Origin: Macrostomum lignano
Lineage: Eukaryota
Assembly: GCA_002269645.1 (NCBI GenBank)
Contig: NIVC01001378.1
Span: 124,001 to 188,000 of the forward strand
Direction of reading: 5' to 3'
Length of the DNA stretch: 64,000 nucleotides
The position numbers and the translations under genes are program-made. Positions 50,172-63,679 of the stretch are shown piece after piece. The notes beneath the pieces are model-generated. The model searched no databases. It was not told the DNA's origin and worked only from the letters and a program-made list of their open reading frames with translations. Position 1 is the stretch's first letter. Each line of letters begins with the position of its first letter.

Positions 50172-51072
50172 AACAGACAAATTTGGCAAAAGCAAATTTG
50201 GCAGCAATCTAGCAAATTACATGTAATAAAGGCTTTCTTAGAATGTTTGTGAAAATTTATAATGGTATTCTGCTATCAATATGGTTACAGTTATAGTAAA
50301 TTATAGGAATGGCACTTTTGCAGCCATATTTTTATTATACGAGCTACATTATAGCTACGCAATCTTTTTAGCCTATGGCTACAGTTATGGATAATGGCAA
50401 ACTTCCAGACTGCCATAATGGCTATCTATAATGAAACTATGGGCATCAAGTATGGAATAAAAAATATATTAAAAACATGTTGACAATTACACAAAATAAA
50501 CTATTTTTAGTCTACTAATCTATTAAATAAATACTTGTTGAATACACATAGAAAACTAACACTTTCTATAAAACTTCAAAAAGGTTTCATTCACTTGTCT
50601 AGTTGTTTTGCTTGTTTTTACTACACTTGCACTTTAATTAATATGCTAATCAAATCTAAGTATTGAGTTGAGTCAAGTGTATATGTAGAAGTATAGTTTA
50701 TAAATTACTATATCAGTAGGCTATTTTTATCTCTTATATATTTATGTTATATAAGATTATCTATAATATATATATCTATCTCTTATCTATTTATATCTTA
50801 CAAAAGCAAGATTATTTGAAAAATCTATTTAAATTATATTTCTTTATCTCTACTACTGTTGTTTTTCTCTGTTTTGTCTTATATATACTACAATTTTCTA
50901 TACAAAATTGCCATTTTTGATATATTATGACTATGGTTATGGCAAGTGTAGTTACAGAATTATTTTAGCCCCATAATGATAGGAAAATTTGGCTACAGAA
51001 GTTGCTGTTTTCTTATAGCTACAATTATTGTTATGGTAGTTGAAACTTGCAGTGGCAGAACACTAGTTTAAA

Positions 51073-51820
51073 ACCCTATTGGAATAAGTTAACAAAACGT
51101 GGATGACTGTCCGTCGCATTTTTGGATTCTCCTGGTGTCACGTCGCGCAACAGTGGTGTCAAGTGGTGTGTCACATTGCGCGACACTGTGGAAACCTGGT
51201 GTCGTCATGCGTCGTGTCGCGCGACACGACACAACGAGACGCGAAAGTGTGGCAACTTGGCGGCTGGTGTCGTCATGTGTCGCGTTGCAGCCTAGATCTG
51301 CAGCTAAAACCTCGCAAACTGTGTTTCATTGTAATAATATGTTCACGGTTGTTTCTTGGTATTTAAATGTTTCAAACATGTTTGATAAAAACTAATTCTT
51401 GAATTGTTCTTTTTTATTTTGATGGTAAAATAACTAATTAACTTCAAATATAATTTTTAGAAATGTTACTTGTTAGTTACAATGCATGCGCTGTTTTTCT
51501 AACTGTTGTACCTTTGTTGTTTTACTGTTTATTGTTTTTAAATTTCATTTCTTTTTCCGCGAAATTGAAAGGAATACTCTCATCCCTCGTTCCATGGTCT
51601 TGGTGTCGGGAATGAACGGCAGAACAAGAATTGTCAATTGAAACGTGGCTGCTGTGGCATCCTTCCCCCCCCCCAGTCATTCGGTCAATAGACATCGGTG
51701 TTGTGTCGCGCATTGCCACCCCCAGTCAACAAAATTTGGTGTCGCGTCGCACTTTTGAAGGCACAATTTTGGCACCCATGTCGCGCGTCCACGGGTTTTT
51801 GAAACTTATTCCAATAGGGG
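51073..51820. mobile_element. MITE with ~20-35 bp TIRs flanked by TTTAAA on both sides (superfamily unresolved)
   Basis: ACCCTATTGGAATAAGTT ... AACTTATTCCAATAGGGG, with GC-rich subterminal GTGTCGCG-type repeats at both ends. Confidence 0.8.
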
Positions 51821-54013
51821 TTTAAAAATATGAAATAATGGCTACATAAGCATATTATAATAACTGAAAAAGTATGTTATTAAATTGGAAATCTCAGATC
51901 TTTGAGAATATGATAGTGCATGGGAGCCACTTGACATTTCTAAATCTTGTCATTTTTATTTGCATGGCTTTTTTGCTAATTATTTTCCCAAACATTGCAA
52001 CTAATAGAAGGACCTTAAAAAGCATATGAGAAAACTGTTTCTCTTTTTTACAAGTTTCAAAGGTTTTTGTTTACAAGGCTACCCAACCTCAAATAACAAA
52101 TTTTTAGAAAGGAATTAAAACTTACAAGGTAAATGAAAGATAAAACAAACTCAATTTAAAATGAAAGCTAATTGAAGACTGGGTTTTTTAAGGTTGGAAA
52201 TTATGCTAAGCTGTAGTTGCCTTGCCAGCTGGCCCTTGGGGCTTAAAATTCAGTTGCTAATGCCTATTTTTGGTTGCCTATAGGCAACTAGCCCAATTCT
52301 TAAGGATGGATATTTCCAAAGATACATTTAAAAAGTAGAAATTGTTCTCTTATAAGATTGCTATGAGGCCTATCTATGCTACAGACAATAACAACTAATA
52401 ATTCAATTATATCAATTTATATAATACTTTTGTTAGGCCCCTATACTTACAAAATCTTTTTTTAATTGGCAATTGGCATGGGGAAAATGAAATTGCCAAA
52501 TTAGCCTCGGATACCAAAAATCCAGTTGCCAATAAGATTTTCAAAGGGACGAAAAACATGTATGGCCCAAAAAACCTAAATTGAAGAATACCATTGTACT
52601 AAAATAATTATCAGAATTATACAAAATTGTTGTTCCTTTATTAATTATTGCCAAATTTGCCTAGATTTTAGCCAAATTTGCTTTTGTAGCTTTTTGTTGA
52701 ATTAGTCTATTGTAAATCTCTATTGCCAAATTTGTTTGTTGCCAAATTGGTCAGGACCCATTTGCTCTGCTTACTTAAATATTATATGACTTTAGGCTAA
52801 CTATATATGTATATGTATATACATGCAGTTCTTTATAGCATTTGAATATTTGGGCAGATGAGTAGGACATATGGCTATAAAAAACAAGAGTTAAAAGTAC
52901 TGATTGTAAATATTTGTATGAACTATACTAATTGTTTAGGCATTCTTTTGAAATATATGTACCAAAGTGATATAACAAAATATTTATTAAACTATATAGG
53001 AATATATATGATAGTAGATATACATATATTCCTATAGCCATAGGCCTATATATATGCAATGTTAATGCAATACTTTCTTTGCCATAGGCCTAGTAGCTTG
53101 TTTAGTAGCATCTACAATTATATATTTTATTTTAGATGCAATGGGCAAGACTGCAAGCTAAGTGGTGACGAGCTTATTTTACTAGTGCCAGCTAAATAGT
53201 AGCAAAGTTATTTAGCCTAGCGCCCTAGTTCCTAGACACTGTCATTTTACCACTGTAATCCAGATCAATTAAATGATTTTTAAAAGGCCTAGCGTTTTCT
53301 AACCCTTAGAGGCAAACAAAATAAAAAAATTATAATTAGGAATTTATATAAATGACGAGTCTCCGTTCCCGACTGCATTATCAAGAACCTTGATTATCGA
53401 GATAGATAGGGCCTACCGATAGATAGAGTGCTGCGCTTTACAAGAAAGAAAAGAAAAACTTATTAGTCACAAAAAAAATTAAATTACAAATGTAAAATAA
53501 AGAAATGTTAACAAATTTATTTCAATAAAAACTCTTCTGCAAAACACTGTTATTCTAACGAGTATTTTTTTAAGTATTGTTTTCTTTCAAAAGCTTTCTT
53601 TAAACTAATTTCTTGCGAGTTTTTATCCAAAAAATGAATTTATTTTATGTCCTTATAACCTGAATATGTATCTGTCCCACTACCTTTTAGAGCCCGAAAG
53701 CAAAGTGAAATATAATTTGAAGCACTAAATTACTTTAATTTCTCATTGCGTTACGGTGGATCGAATGAACCTATAACTTATGTTATAAACACAATAATGG
53801 AAATAAAGAACGGAAAATTAAAGATGAATTAAAAGGTCTGAAACGGCGGGATGGAATTAGGCGGCTGTTTTCGGGGACCAGTAAAATATATGAAAACTGG
53901 AAAGATGATTGTAACAAGGACTACTTAAGATATACGTTAGTCGTCCTTGGGTTGTGTATTTTTGCAAATTTGTGAAGCAATTTTGTATGGCCACGGTAAT
54001 ACGTGCATATGGA

Positions 54014-54593
54014 TAGAGCTGTCAAAATTTGAGATTTTATTCGAGACGAGATTCGAGACGAGAAAGGCTTTTATAATCAAGAAATTCGAGATGAGACGAG
54101 ACGAGATAAAAATCTAAAAAACGGATATTAGAATTGCATCTTGTCTTGTCTCGTATTGTCTTGTCAAATTGTCTCGAATTTCTTGACAAGGTGCAAATTA
54201 TGTGTAGCGACTGGTATATTGTCTTCGAGTCTGCTATGATACACCTTGCCGCAGAACTGGAATGATAACTAAAAAGAGCGCATATGCAAGCTAGAAATAT
54301 ATATAACGACATTCGGTAAATAACACTAAAACTACTCGACATCTGCTAGATTTTACATCTCAAATTGCCCTACAAAATGTATTACAACAAGAAGTTGTAT
54401 TTATAAGAATATTTGCTCTCTTTTTTATTTCTATGGCCCGAATAAATTTTTGAAAAAAAGGTATAAGAAAATTTTCAAATCTCCTCTCGAATTTCTTGAA
54501 AAAAATTGAGATTTTTCGAGACGGAAAAATTGTCGAGATCTTATTATATATCTCGAATCTTGTCTCGTCAAGATCTCGTGACAGCTAGCTCTA
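54014..54593. mobile_element. MITE-like element with TAGAGCTGTCA termini and CGAGAC/GTCTCG subterminal repeats (hAT-like)
   Basis: Left end TAGAGCTGTCA; right end TGACAGCT(AGCT)CTA; many GAGACGAGA/TCTCGTC motifs in inverted orientation. No clear TSD. Confidence 0.6.
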
Positions 54594-55242
54594 CTACTTA
54601 GTTACAATTAAAGATACTATATACTATATCATGCCAAGGACCACTGTATATTGCTATAAACAGTGGTCCTTGTATCATGCATCATTCCACAATTGAACAT
54701 ATATGTACTGCAGACAAACCCAATGCACAAAAGTTACTATTAACTTATCAGTCATTATACTACAGCTGTAGATAATTGCAGTTTCTACAATATTGTGCTC
54801 TGCCTATTAAGTGCTAATCGTGGCCGTCCCGGCGCTTGGACTAAAACTAACTGAATAATCTTGATAGAGATAGGGTTGAGCTTCCACTAGAGATCTGCAA
54901 TGTAACCTTCAGCCCTATTACAGAGGTGACTTGTAATTTTGACGGATTAACTAGCGTAGATAAGTACGAGTTTTTAATAAACGTTATTAAAGTTTTTTAA
55001 AACTGTCATTAAGTTTTCAACTAAAGGTTTTTTCTGTAGCCGCTTTTTTATTTATTTACAAAAAAGTCTTTGTTTTTATTTACTAAAAGCGTCCAAGAAA
55101 TTTAAACGTGATTATTTCCTTCTGAATCAAGTCTACGTTCGCCGCGCTTTGACATTGGCTTTGTTCGAGAGAACTGATTGTTAATAATTTATTATTTTAT
55201 TAGAAAAGTTTTTTTCGTCAACTGAAACTTTGTATCTGCTTC

Positions 55243-58200
55243 ATGGCATCTGATGCCGATATTCGAGCCCAGGCACTAGGGCCTTTGCTTGTAGGATCTT
55301 CAAACAGTCTTGTAAATGATCCTGCTCAGGAGCAGCAATGGGCTGCAAAGAAACTGGTCTGGGTTCCTCATGAAACTCAGGGATTCGTTTCAGCTAGCCT
55401 GAAAGAAGAAAAGGGTGACGATGTTGTTGTCGAGCTTTCTGATACGAAAGAACTTCGAAAAGTAGCAAAGGATGATATACAAAGAATGAATCCACCAAAG
55501 TTCACTAAAAAGGAAGATATGTCAGAGCTTTCCAACCTAAACGAAGCATGTGTGCTGCATAACTTAAGGGATCGTTACTTCTCTGATCTGATTTATGTAA
55601 GAGAAATTGAAACATCTAAAATATTTGTTTTAAAAAATCTGATTATAAATGAAAACATAGACTTGTCTTTGATCTGGCCTAGTAATTAATTTTTTAGGCC
55701 TAATTTTAGCTCTCTTTGTCCTTCACTAAACTTAATTGTCTTTAGCTAAACTGAATAAGTACTCTATAAAATTCAAGCATACTATATAGCTTTTAGACTA
55801 ACATTAAACAAAAGCTTACAGATATTTCATGATAAAAAATTCAAGTGTAGCCTAGGTCATTAACTTAAGTTTTTTTATATAATTATTGGTCCCAGGTATA
55901 TTTTGTGACAAGACATTTTAATTAAAAAAACTTCAGTGACAACTCAGGATATTTTAGTTTTACTAGTAGTTAATGTAATGATAAGCTTTTACAATCCCAT
56001 TTTAAAATCATATATATATATTTGATTTGATGGCTATATATATAGCCATAGGAAATTGTGGCATATAATGGAAATGGTTGAGAAAAAAGGTTGGCATAAA
56101 AATCTAGTATATGGAACATTTGGCTAGAAAATTATGCTATAAAGCCAATATATAGTATAGCTATTAGCATACAAAAGACCAAAATATTATAATATAAAAA
56201 AGGTCCTTTACTGTTATCACACCCTCAAATTTGTTACCGAGTACACCAGAAAAATGACTCCTAACACCACAAATTCAAATTTATGCTAGAAAAAAAAACA
56301 AACTTAGTTGTGATAAAAATATTGCAACAATAAAGGACATTCTTTGCATAGTGATAATAAAGGCCCCTTTTTGCATTGTAACACTATACAAAACCCTTTT
56401 TGCATTACAACATTTGGTTATTTGTACTCTAACAGCTACATCATGTTAGCTTTATGGTGCAATTTTCCAGTGGATTGTTTTGTATACCAGATTCTTTATG
56501 CCAACCATTTTTGGGTCCATTGTATGCTAGAATTTTCTAGCATATATGTAAGATACAAGAATGAAATAATGTTATAACATAAAAAATATCTTATTATTGC
56601 AATGCAAACAAGTCTTTTATTGTCACAATAGAAAAAAGTATTTTATTGTTGCAATAGACTAAAGTATAGAAGGTCACTTTCTAGCTTAGTATATAACATT
56701 TAAAAGTGTAGTGTAGTTTAAGACTTGATGTTAGTATTCTCAATTGTTAAACATTTATTTAACATAATAAATGTTTAACAATTGACCATTGGCTATTTCT
56801 CAATGCCTAATTATATTTTAAAGGTTTATATGCTATTAATTTCTTTTTGTTTGTGCTTTCTTTGTCTTTTATTCTCTCTTCACTCTTCCCATAATCTTTT
56901 CTCCTTTCTATTTTTTTCTTTCATTTATCATCTCATTTTTTTTCCTTGTTCTAGTCATCTCTTCAAATTCAAAATGATATAATGGTTCATAAATATAATA
57001 GTTCAGATCATGTTTGGTGCATGCCCAAACAAAAATTTAATAGTTATAAATGTTTACCAAAAAATGAAGTGCATACATAGACTTTTAAATCTATGCCAGT
57101 GTTGCAACAATAAATGACCTTTTTGCATTTCAATAATAAATGACCTTTTTGTGCTGCATAAAAGACCCTTTTTGGTAGATTAGAGAATTTGGTTGATTAT
57201 TTATCTTTCTTGCTTATACTATTTTCAATAAAAAATGTACTCTAACTCTTGTTTTAAATGCTTGATTACTAGCTTAAAAGCTGGAAAGCTTGAAATTTAT
57301 GCTTAAAATGAATTTTTCAATCTTTTTTCAACTTAACATTAACTCTTCTATGTGATTCTATGAAGTATATACTAGGTATATATACATTATTTTCTTAAAA
57401 ACCATGTATGCCAAATGTGCATGCCTAGCATTAACTTTTAGCATGTAAGACCAATGCATGGTGCATATCCAAATTTTTGGGTATATACTATATGATCTGA
57501 AGTTTGGTAGTTATAGATAGATTAAAAATATCTATAGTCAAAAGAGTGATAATCATAAGGATGACAATTAATAATTGTATATATAAGACAATTTATTTAA
57601 AGTATATAAGATTAGAATTATAAGTTCACATGCAATGAACTTGTATTTATATAAAAAATATGTGTTAAATATAATATATTAGATAGTAAAAAATATATTA
57701 AGATAGTTAATATAATAAATAGTTAAAATATATTAGACTTATGTTAGTATGCCTATGTAGATATAACGATGTACATTAAAGCATAGTTTAGTAGGGTCTA
57801 TTTATTTTATTCATTGTACTCAATAGACTATTTACTAAGCAGATTGCTGTACTTAAATCCCTTCTAATACTTGAAATACTAGGCCTTTGTACTTTGGTAT
57901 CTAATGAACTGTATGCATTTTATTATTCCTTAGGAAAGGAGTTGCAGTTGAAAATGATCATTCAATATAAGTCTTATACATTTTGACTGTTGCCTTTTTA
58001 TTGTCACCATTTTGATTGCCACCCTTTTGATCAGTTGTTATTTTGATTGGTTCTGAATATTGGTTGACTATGTAGCTTTAAAGACAAAATGTACATGCAC
58101 TAGAATCAAGGATATTTAGGGAACTATATACTATTTATATATACAGTGTACTTATACTCATATAGATATATTCATTATATTAAATACACATGTTATGTTA

Positions 58201-61200
58201 ATTATTGTTGCCTTTTTGGTGCAAATAAATTATTCTTCTATGTATATATACAATGTACAATGTATATTGTTTCTTTGTCCTACTAATACACTACTAAATA
58301 CCTAAACAATCATTCAGATCATACTAATAATGCATATACTTTGTACTATACTATAGCCTATTGCTTTGAATAGCTAGACTTTCTTTTAATATGTCTTGCT
58401 TTTCTTATAGCTCTATTGATATTCATAAAGCATCTATATTAATTTTTATATCTTACATCTTGCCCCAAGATGCTATCAAGTATGTTCATTTCAATATGTA
58501 ACAATTCAAAGTTGGTCCTAATTAAATGACCACCCACTTGTAGACCTACTCTGGCCTGTTCTGCGTGGTGATAAATCCTTACAAACGATTGCCAATCTAT
58601 AGCGAGCATGTCATCGAAGCTTACAAAGGCAAGAAGCGATCAGATTGTCCGCCGCACATCTTTGCTATTGCCGATCAGGCGTACCGTTCGATGCTGGAGA
58701 ATCGCGAGGATCAGAGCATCTTGTGCACGTGAGTTTAAAGAAATTTAGCTATGACCCACTGTAGCGTCATGGGACCCACTGTAGCGTCATGGGACCCACT
58801 GTAGCGTCATGGGACCCACTGTAGCGTCATGGGACCCACTGTAGCGTTATGGGACCCAATGAAGTGTCATGGGACCCACTGTAGCGTCATGGGACCCACT
58901 GTAGCGTTATGGGACCCAATGAAGTGTCATGGGACCCACTGTAGCGTTATGGGACCCAATGAAGTGTCATGGGACCCACTGTAGCGTTATGGAACCCACT
59001 GTAGCGTTATGGGACCCACTGTAGCGTCATGGGACCCACTGTAGCGTCATGGGAACCACTGTAGCGTCATGGGACCCACTGTAGCGTCATGGGAACCACT
59101 GTAGCGTCATGGGAACCACTGTAGCGTCATGGGACCCACTGTAGCGTCATGGAACCCACTGTAGCGTCATGGGACCCACTGTAGCGTCATGGGACCCAAT
59201 GAAGTGTCATGGGACCCACTGTAGCGTCATGGGACCCACTGTAGCGTCATGGGACCGACTGTAGCGTCATGGGACCGACTGTAGCGTCATGGGACCCACT
59301 GTAGCGTTATGGAACCCACTGTAGCGTTATGGGACCCAATGAAGTGTCATGGGACCTACTGAAGTATCAAGGGACCTACTGAAGTATCCTAGGACCTACT
59401 GAAGTATCATGGAACCTGCTGAAGTCTAATGGGACCTAATAAAGTGTTATGGGCCTACTAAAGTATCGTAGGACCTACTGAAGTGTCATGGGACCTACTG
59501 AAGTATCATGGAACCTACTGAAATCTCATGGGACCTAATAAAGTGTTATGGGACATACTGATTATCATGAGACCTACTGAAGCATCAGGGGACCTACTGA
59601 AGTATTATGGGACCCACTAAAGTCTCATGGGACCCACTGAAGTCTCTATGGGACCCACTGACGTATCGCGGGACCTACTGAAGTATCATGGAACCCACTC
59701 AAGTATCATGGGACCCACTGAAGTAGCATTGGACATACTGATTATCATGGGACCTACTGAAGCATCAGGGGACCTAACTGAAGTATTATGGGACCCACTG
59801 AAGTATCATGGGACCCACTGAAGTATCGCGGGACCTACTGAAGTATCATGGAACCTACTTAAGTATCATGGGACCTACTGAAGTGTCATAAGACCTACTG
59901 AGACCTACTGAAGTGTCATGGGACCTACTGAAGTGTCATGAGACCTACTAAAGTATCATGGGACCCACTGAAGTGTCATGGGACCCACTGAAGGCTATCG
60001 AAGTTAGTTAATTCAACTTTTAACCCCAAAACAGCGGCGAGTCCGGAGCTGGCAAAACGGAGAACACTAAAAAGGTGATCCAATACCTGGCATTCGTTGC
60101 CTCGTCAATGAAAACGGCGGCGTCCACCGCTTCGAATCTACCAGGCCAAGGCGGACAGTCGGGTCCAGGTGGACGGTCCGGCTCTGTCTCGGCGTCCTTG
60201 TCACACGTAAGTAGCCTTCTGTTTAAATTAATATGTACTTTAAAATACTTTCCTGACTAAAACAGCTGATGTTCATCATTGAACGCTCTGATTGAAACAC
60301 CATTTGTCTAGTATTATCGCAAGGATATTAATATTGTAAGTGATTTCTGATTTTCAAGACCTATTTGTCACCCATGTTGTTTAATAATATTGTGTCTTTA
60401 GTAGTGGATTAGTGTCTGATTCCTTTCTTAATAGTTAATGACATTCTATAGTTAACATTTCCTTTATTCACCAGGTGTTGTAACTTTATATAGAAGTTTC
60501 CTTATTTGGTTGATGTTACATATATAGTTAATTTTCATTGTTATTATTGAATTCCTTGTTAAAATGATTTGCAGCTTCAAGGCAACGTATTTGGACAGGT
60601 AAAAGTTATTTATAATTAACTCAAATAATTGGTCAATAAAATTTCCAAGCATAATCGGTAACGGACTGGAGCAGTAGTCAATTGTACATTGTTGGGCAAT
60701 ATATTAACAGGATTTCTAGGAAAGGGCGGTTTTTTTAATTTGATTATTTGTCAGCAGTTTATACGAAATACGAAATTCAGTGTATTCAATAAATAATGGT
60801 GCTTTTAATAAGCTATTTATTGTATCCCTAAGCTTCATGCATTTAGTGATTTTTTGAACAATACAATTTTTCACCCTGCGCTTGCTATCGATCCGTCACA
60901 CTTATTTATTTTTACATAGTGTTATTTTATTGTAAAAAATGGCTACATTGTAGCTAAATTGGTATTATCGTCATGCAATCTCAGCCTGGGGACATCAAAT
61001 CTCTTGCTGGTTTCGGCCATAGACATAGTATGGCTCCACAATGACTAATTTTATATGCTCTTAACCAATCAAGACGGGACGCCATAGACATTCGAGCCAG
61101 GCCGCAGATCACACACTAGGCATGGACTTAAGCAGTTTAGCAAAGTCTACTGAGGGAGGCTTGGCCATAGACTATAACTTTGGACATTCAAAGCCATTCA

Positions 61201-61945
61201 AAACGGGAATCGGACTGAGATTTTATAGCTCTCTGTCCCTCCCTCCCAGCTGTTTGCTCGTCTTTGGCCTGAAAGCGACCCCAATTCAATGGCGCCACCA
61301 ATTCCTGTAGCAGAACCCCAGCGGCTGATTGATGCGATTGAACAAGACAAATCAAGAAAACAGTCGCATTCCAAATCGCTGCCAACTTTCGACTCGATGG
61401 TCAGAAAGAGGGATTGTGCTAGGCCCATCGGGAAATGAGAGAATTCTTAGTTGGGAAACTCGATGAAAATCCTTTCCTTTCAAAACACTTCAAGTTCACT
61501 TTTAAATATTCCAGTGACCCTGAGATATAAAATGAGTTTTGATTGTCCAAATTCTCATTTAGTTCGTTAGTTAGCTAACTTACAGTGTTTCAATTTAAAA
61601 AAAACCTGTTAATAATGCAATGTCCTAGGCTGAGATTATTCCTAATTCACAATGGAATCCATTCAACATGTCTATGTATGCATATATCCATCCCCAAACT
61701 CTAGGGAGAATTGGAACAGCAACTGCTGCAAGCCAATCCAATTCTAGAAGCGTTTGGCAATGCCAAAACTATTAAGAACGACAATTCTTCTCGATTTGTA
61801 AGTCTTCATTTTTTCACTGAATTTAAGTATTCGATCTATTTATCAGCAATAAAATCTAACCTTTTTTTGTCTATTTTACAGGGCAAATTCATTCGAATTA
61901 ATTTCGACACTACTGGCTTCATCTCTGGCGCCAATATCGAGACTT
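55243..61945 (+). CDS. MYH9/MYH10-like (zip): Non-muscle myosin II heavy chain (zipper/MYH9/10-like), 5' part only. Exons 55243-55596, 58544-58728, 60035-60206, (possible cassette 61250-61399), 61705-61797, 61882-61945; continues beyond the window
   Basis: [72 protein letters not shown] (P-loop, non-muscle type), [26 protein letters not shown] (switch I), GANIET. Junctions are phase-consistent. Confidence 0.96.
56195..57175. mobile_element. Possible degenerate foldback element in myosin intron 1
   Basis: AAAAAGGTCCTTTACTGTTATCAC (~56197) is an imperfect inverse of GTTGCAACAATAAATGACCTTTTT (~57101), and similar motifs recur internally. Confidence 0.3.
58745..59995. repeat. 20-bp minisatellite filling myosin intron 2
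   Basis: GGGACCCACTGTAGCGTCAT drifting to GGGACCTACTGAAGTATCAT. Confidence 0.97.
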
Positions 61946-61956
61946 GTATCCTTTTC
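61946..61956 (+). other. U12-type (minor spliceosome) 5' splice site GTATCCTTTT
   Basis: Follows GANIET + T (phase 1) where YLLEKSR is expected, and matches the RTATCCTTT consensus exactly. Confidence 0.85.
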
Positions 61957-62089
61957 ATATGCGCGATTATTTATTATTACGAGTATATTGTAGTTAACAG
62001 TGTTAACTATTGGTCGCAATTAGTTAGTACGCAGTGTGCATCATACATAAAGGTAGGCATCGTAATTAGGCGCTTAAACGCCCAAAGTC

Positions 62090-62520
62090 TGTGATTTGTG
62101 GTTTGTGAAGTCTATGGTTTGTGAAGTCTATGGTTTGTGAGGTCTATGATTTGTGAAGTCTATTGTTTGCGAAGTCTTTTGTTTCTGAAATCTATGGTTT
62201 GTGAGGTCTATGGTTTGTGAAGTCTATTGTTTGTGAAGTATATGCATGGTTTGTGAGGTCTATGATTTGTGAAGTCTATGGTTTGTGAAGTCTATTGTTT
62301 GTGAAGTCTATGGTTTGTGAAGTCTATGGTTTGTGAAGTCTATGGTTTGTGAGGTCTATGGTTTGTGAAGTCTATTGTTTGGGAAGTCTATTATTTGTGA
62401 AGTCTATTGTTTGTGAAGTCTATTGTTTGTGAAGTATATGCATGGTTTGTGACTTGTGAGGTCTATGATTTGTGAAGTCTATGGTTTGTTTGGTTTATAG
62501 ATTGTGAGGTTTATAGTTTG
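62090..62520. repeat. 16-bp minisatellite GGTTTGTGAAGTCTAT
   Basis: Directly visible. Confidence 0.93.
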
Positions 62521-63179
62521 TGAGGTTTATGGTTTGGTAATTTGGTAATCTGTTAATTTGGTTCCTAACTATTAAATACTAAATTCAGTTGGCCCCTGTT
62601 CAGTTTTATACATGTATTTGGTTTCTATGCACTTTTTTTTTAGGCTGTGTCGAGTTGAAATCGACCAAAATTTATGAATGTATTTCATCTCATAGCGTGC
62701 GAATTTTTAAGACTAAAAAAATTAATCCTGTGCCCGTCTACAATCAGCAGTTTGATATAAACACATCAACAGAAGCGTTGCTAGTGTGGGAAACTTGTTT
62801 GAAAAATAGCAGTAAGGAGGGGGAGAATGTCGAACGTAACAGATGCATAGCAGAGCAGGCAATTTTGCAGATTCTACAATTCAACAACATTTACTTAATT
62901 TGCGCATTTGTTTATGCATTAAATCTAAGGAGCTGTGTTCTATGCTAGTTCAATGTATGCATGTGTGTGTTGCATGCTAAGTGTGCACCGTGTGTGAATA
63001 GGTTTATTTCTAATATATGTATTAGGTAATTCACTGCAATAATTGTGCCTAAGTAGGTTTAACAATTTTTCTAGTTGACATTCCGCGCGTCGCAGTCGTT
63101 TATGATTTTTTTCTATTCTATTTATTAAGCCAAATGTAACACAGTCGAAATTCTTGTAGTTAGCTAGCTCTTGTGTGCA

Positions 63180-63392
<213 letters not shown>

Positions 63393-63679
63393 GCGTGTAC
63401 ATGTATCGTTCCCCTATCTTCTCGCGTGTCTCGAAAATTTACTCATTTTTTGTGCTTCGTGTTATTGAGTGCAAAACGTATTTTTTGAACTCGTACAGAT
63501 TATTTAAATATCTGTTGGGACTGGATTTCAACATAACCCGATAGCCGTATACCAATAAAGGATAGGCTGCAAACTTGATTTATGGGCGTTTATTCAGCAG
63601 TAACAAAAGAAAATATCTAAGCTGTTTAGATCTAACACAAACTTTCAAACGTAGCACAGATGAAGGAATAGTAATAACT

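Noticed and set aside
62561-62590. TTCCTAAC...CAG as the U12 branch point and acceptor
   Set aside because: The downstream sequence does not encode YLLEKSR in any suitable frame; the true acceptor must lie beyond 64000.
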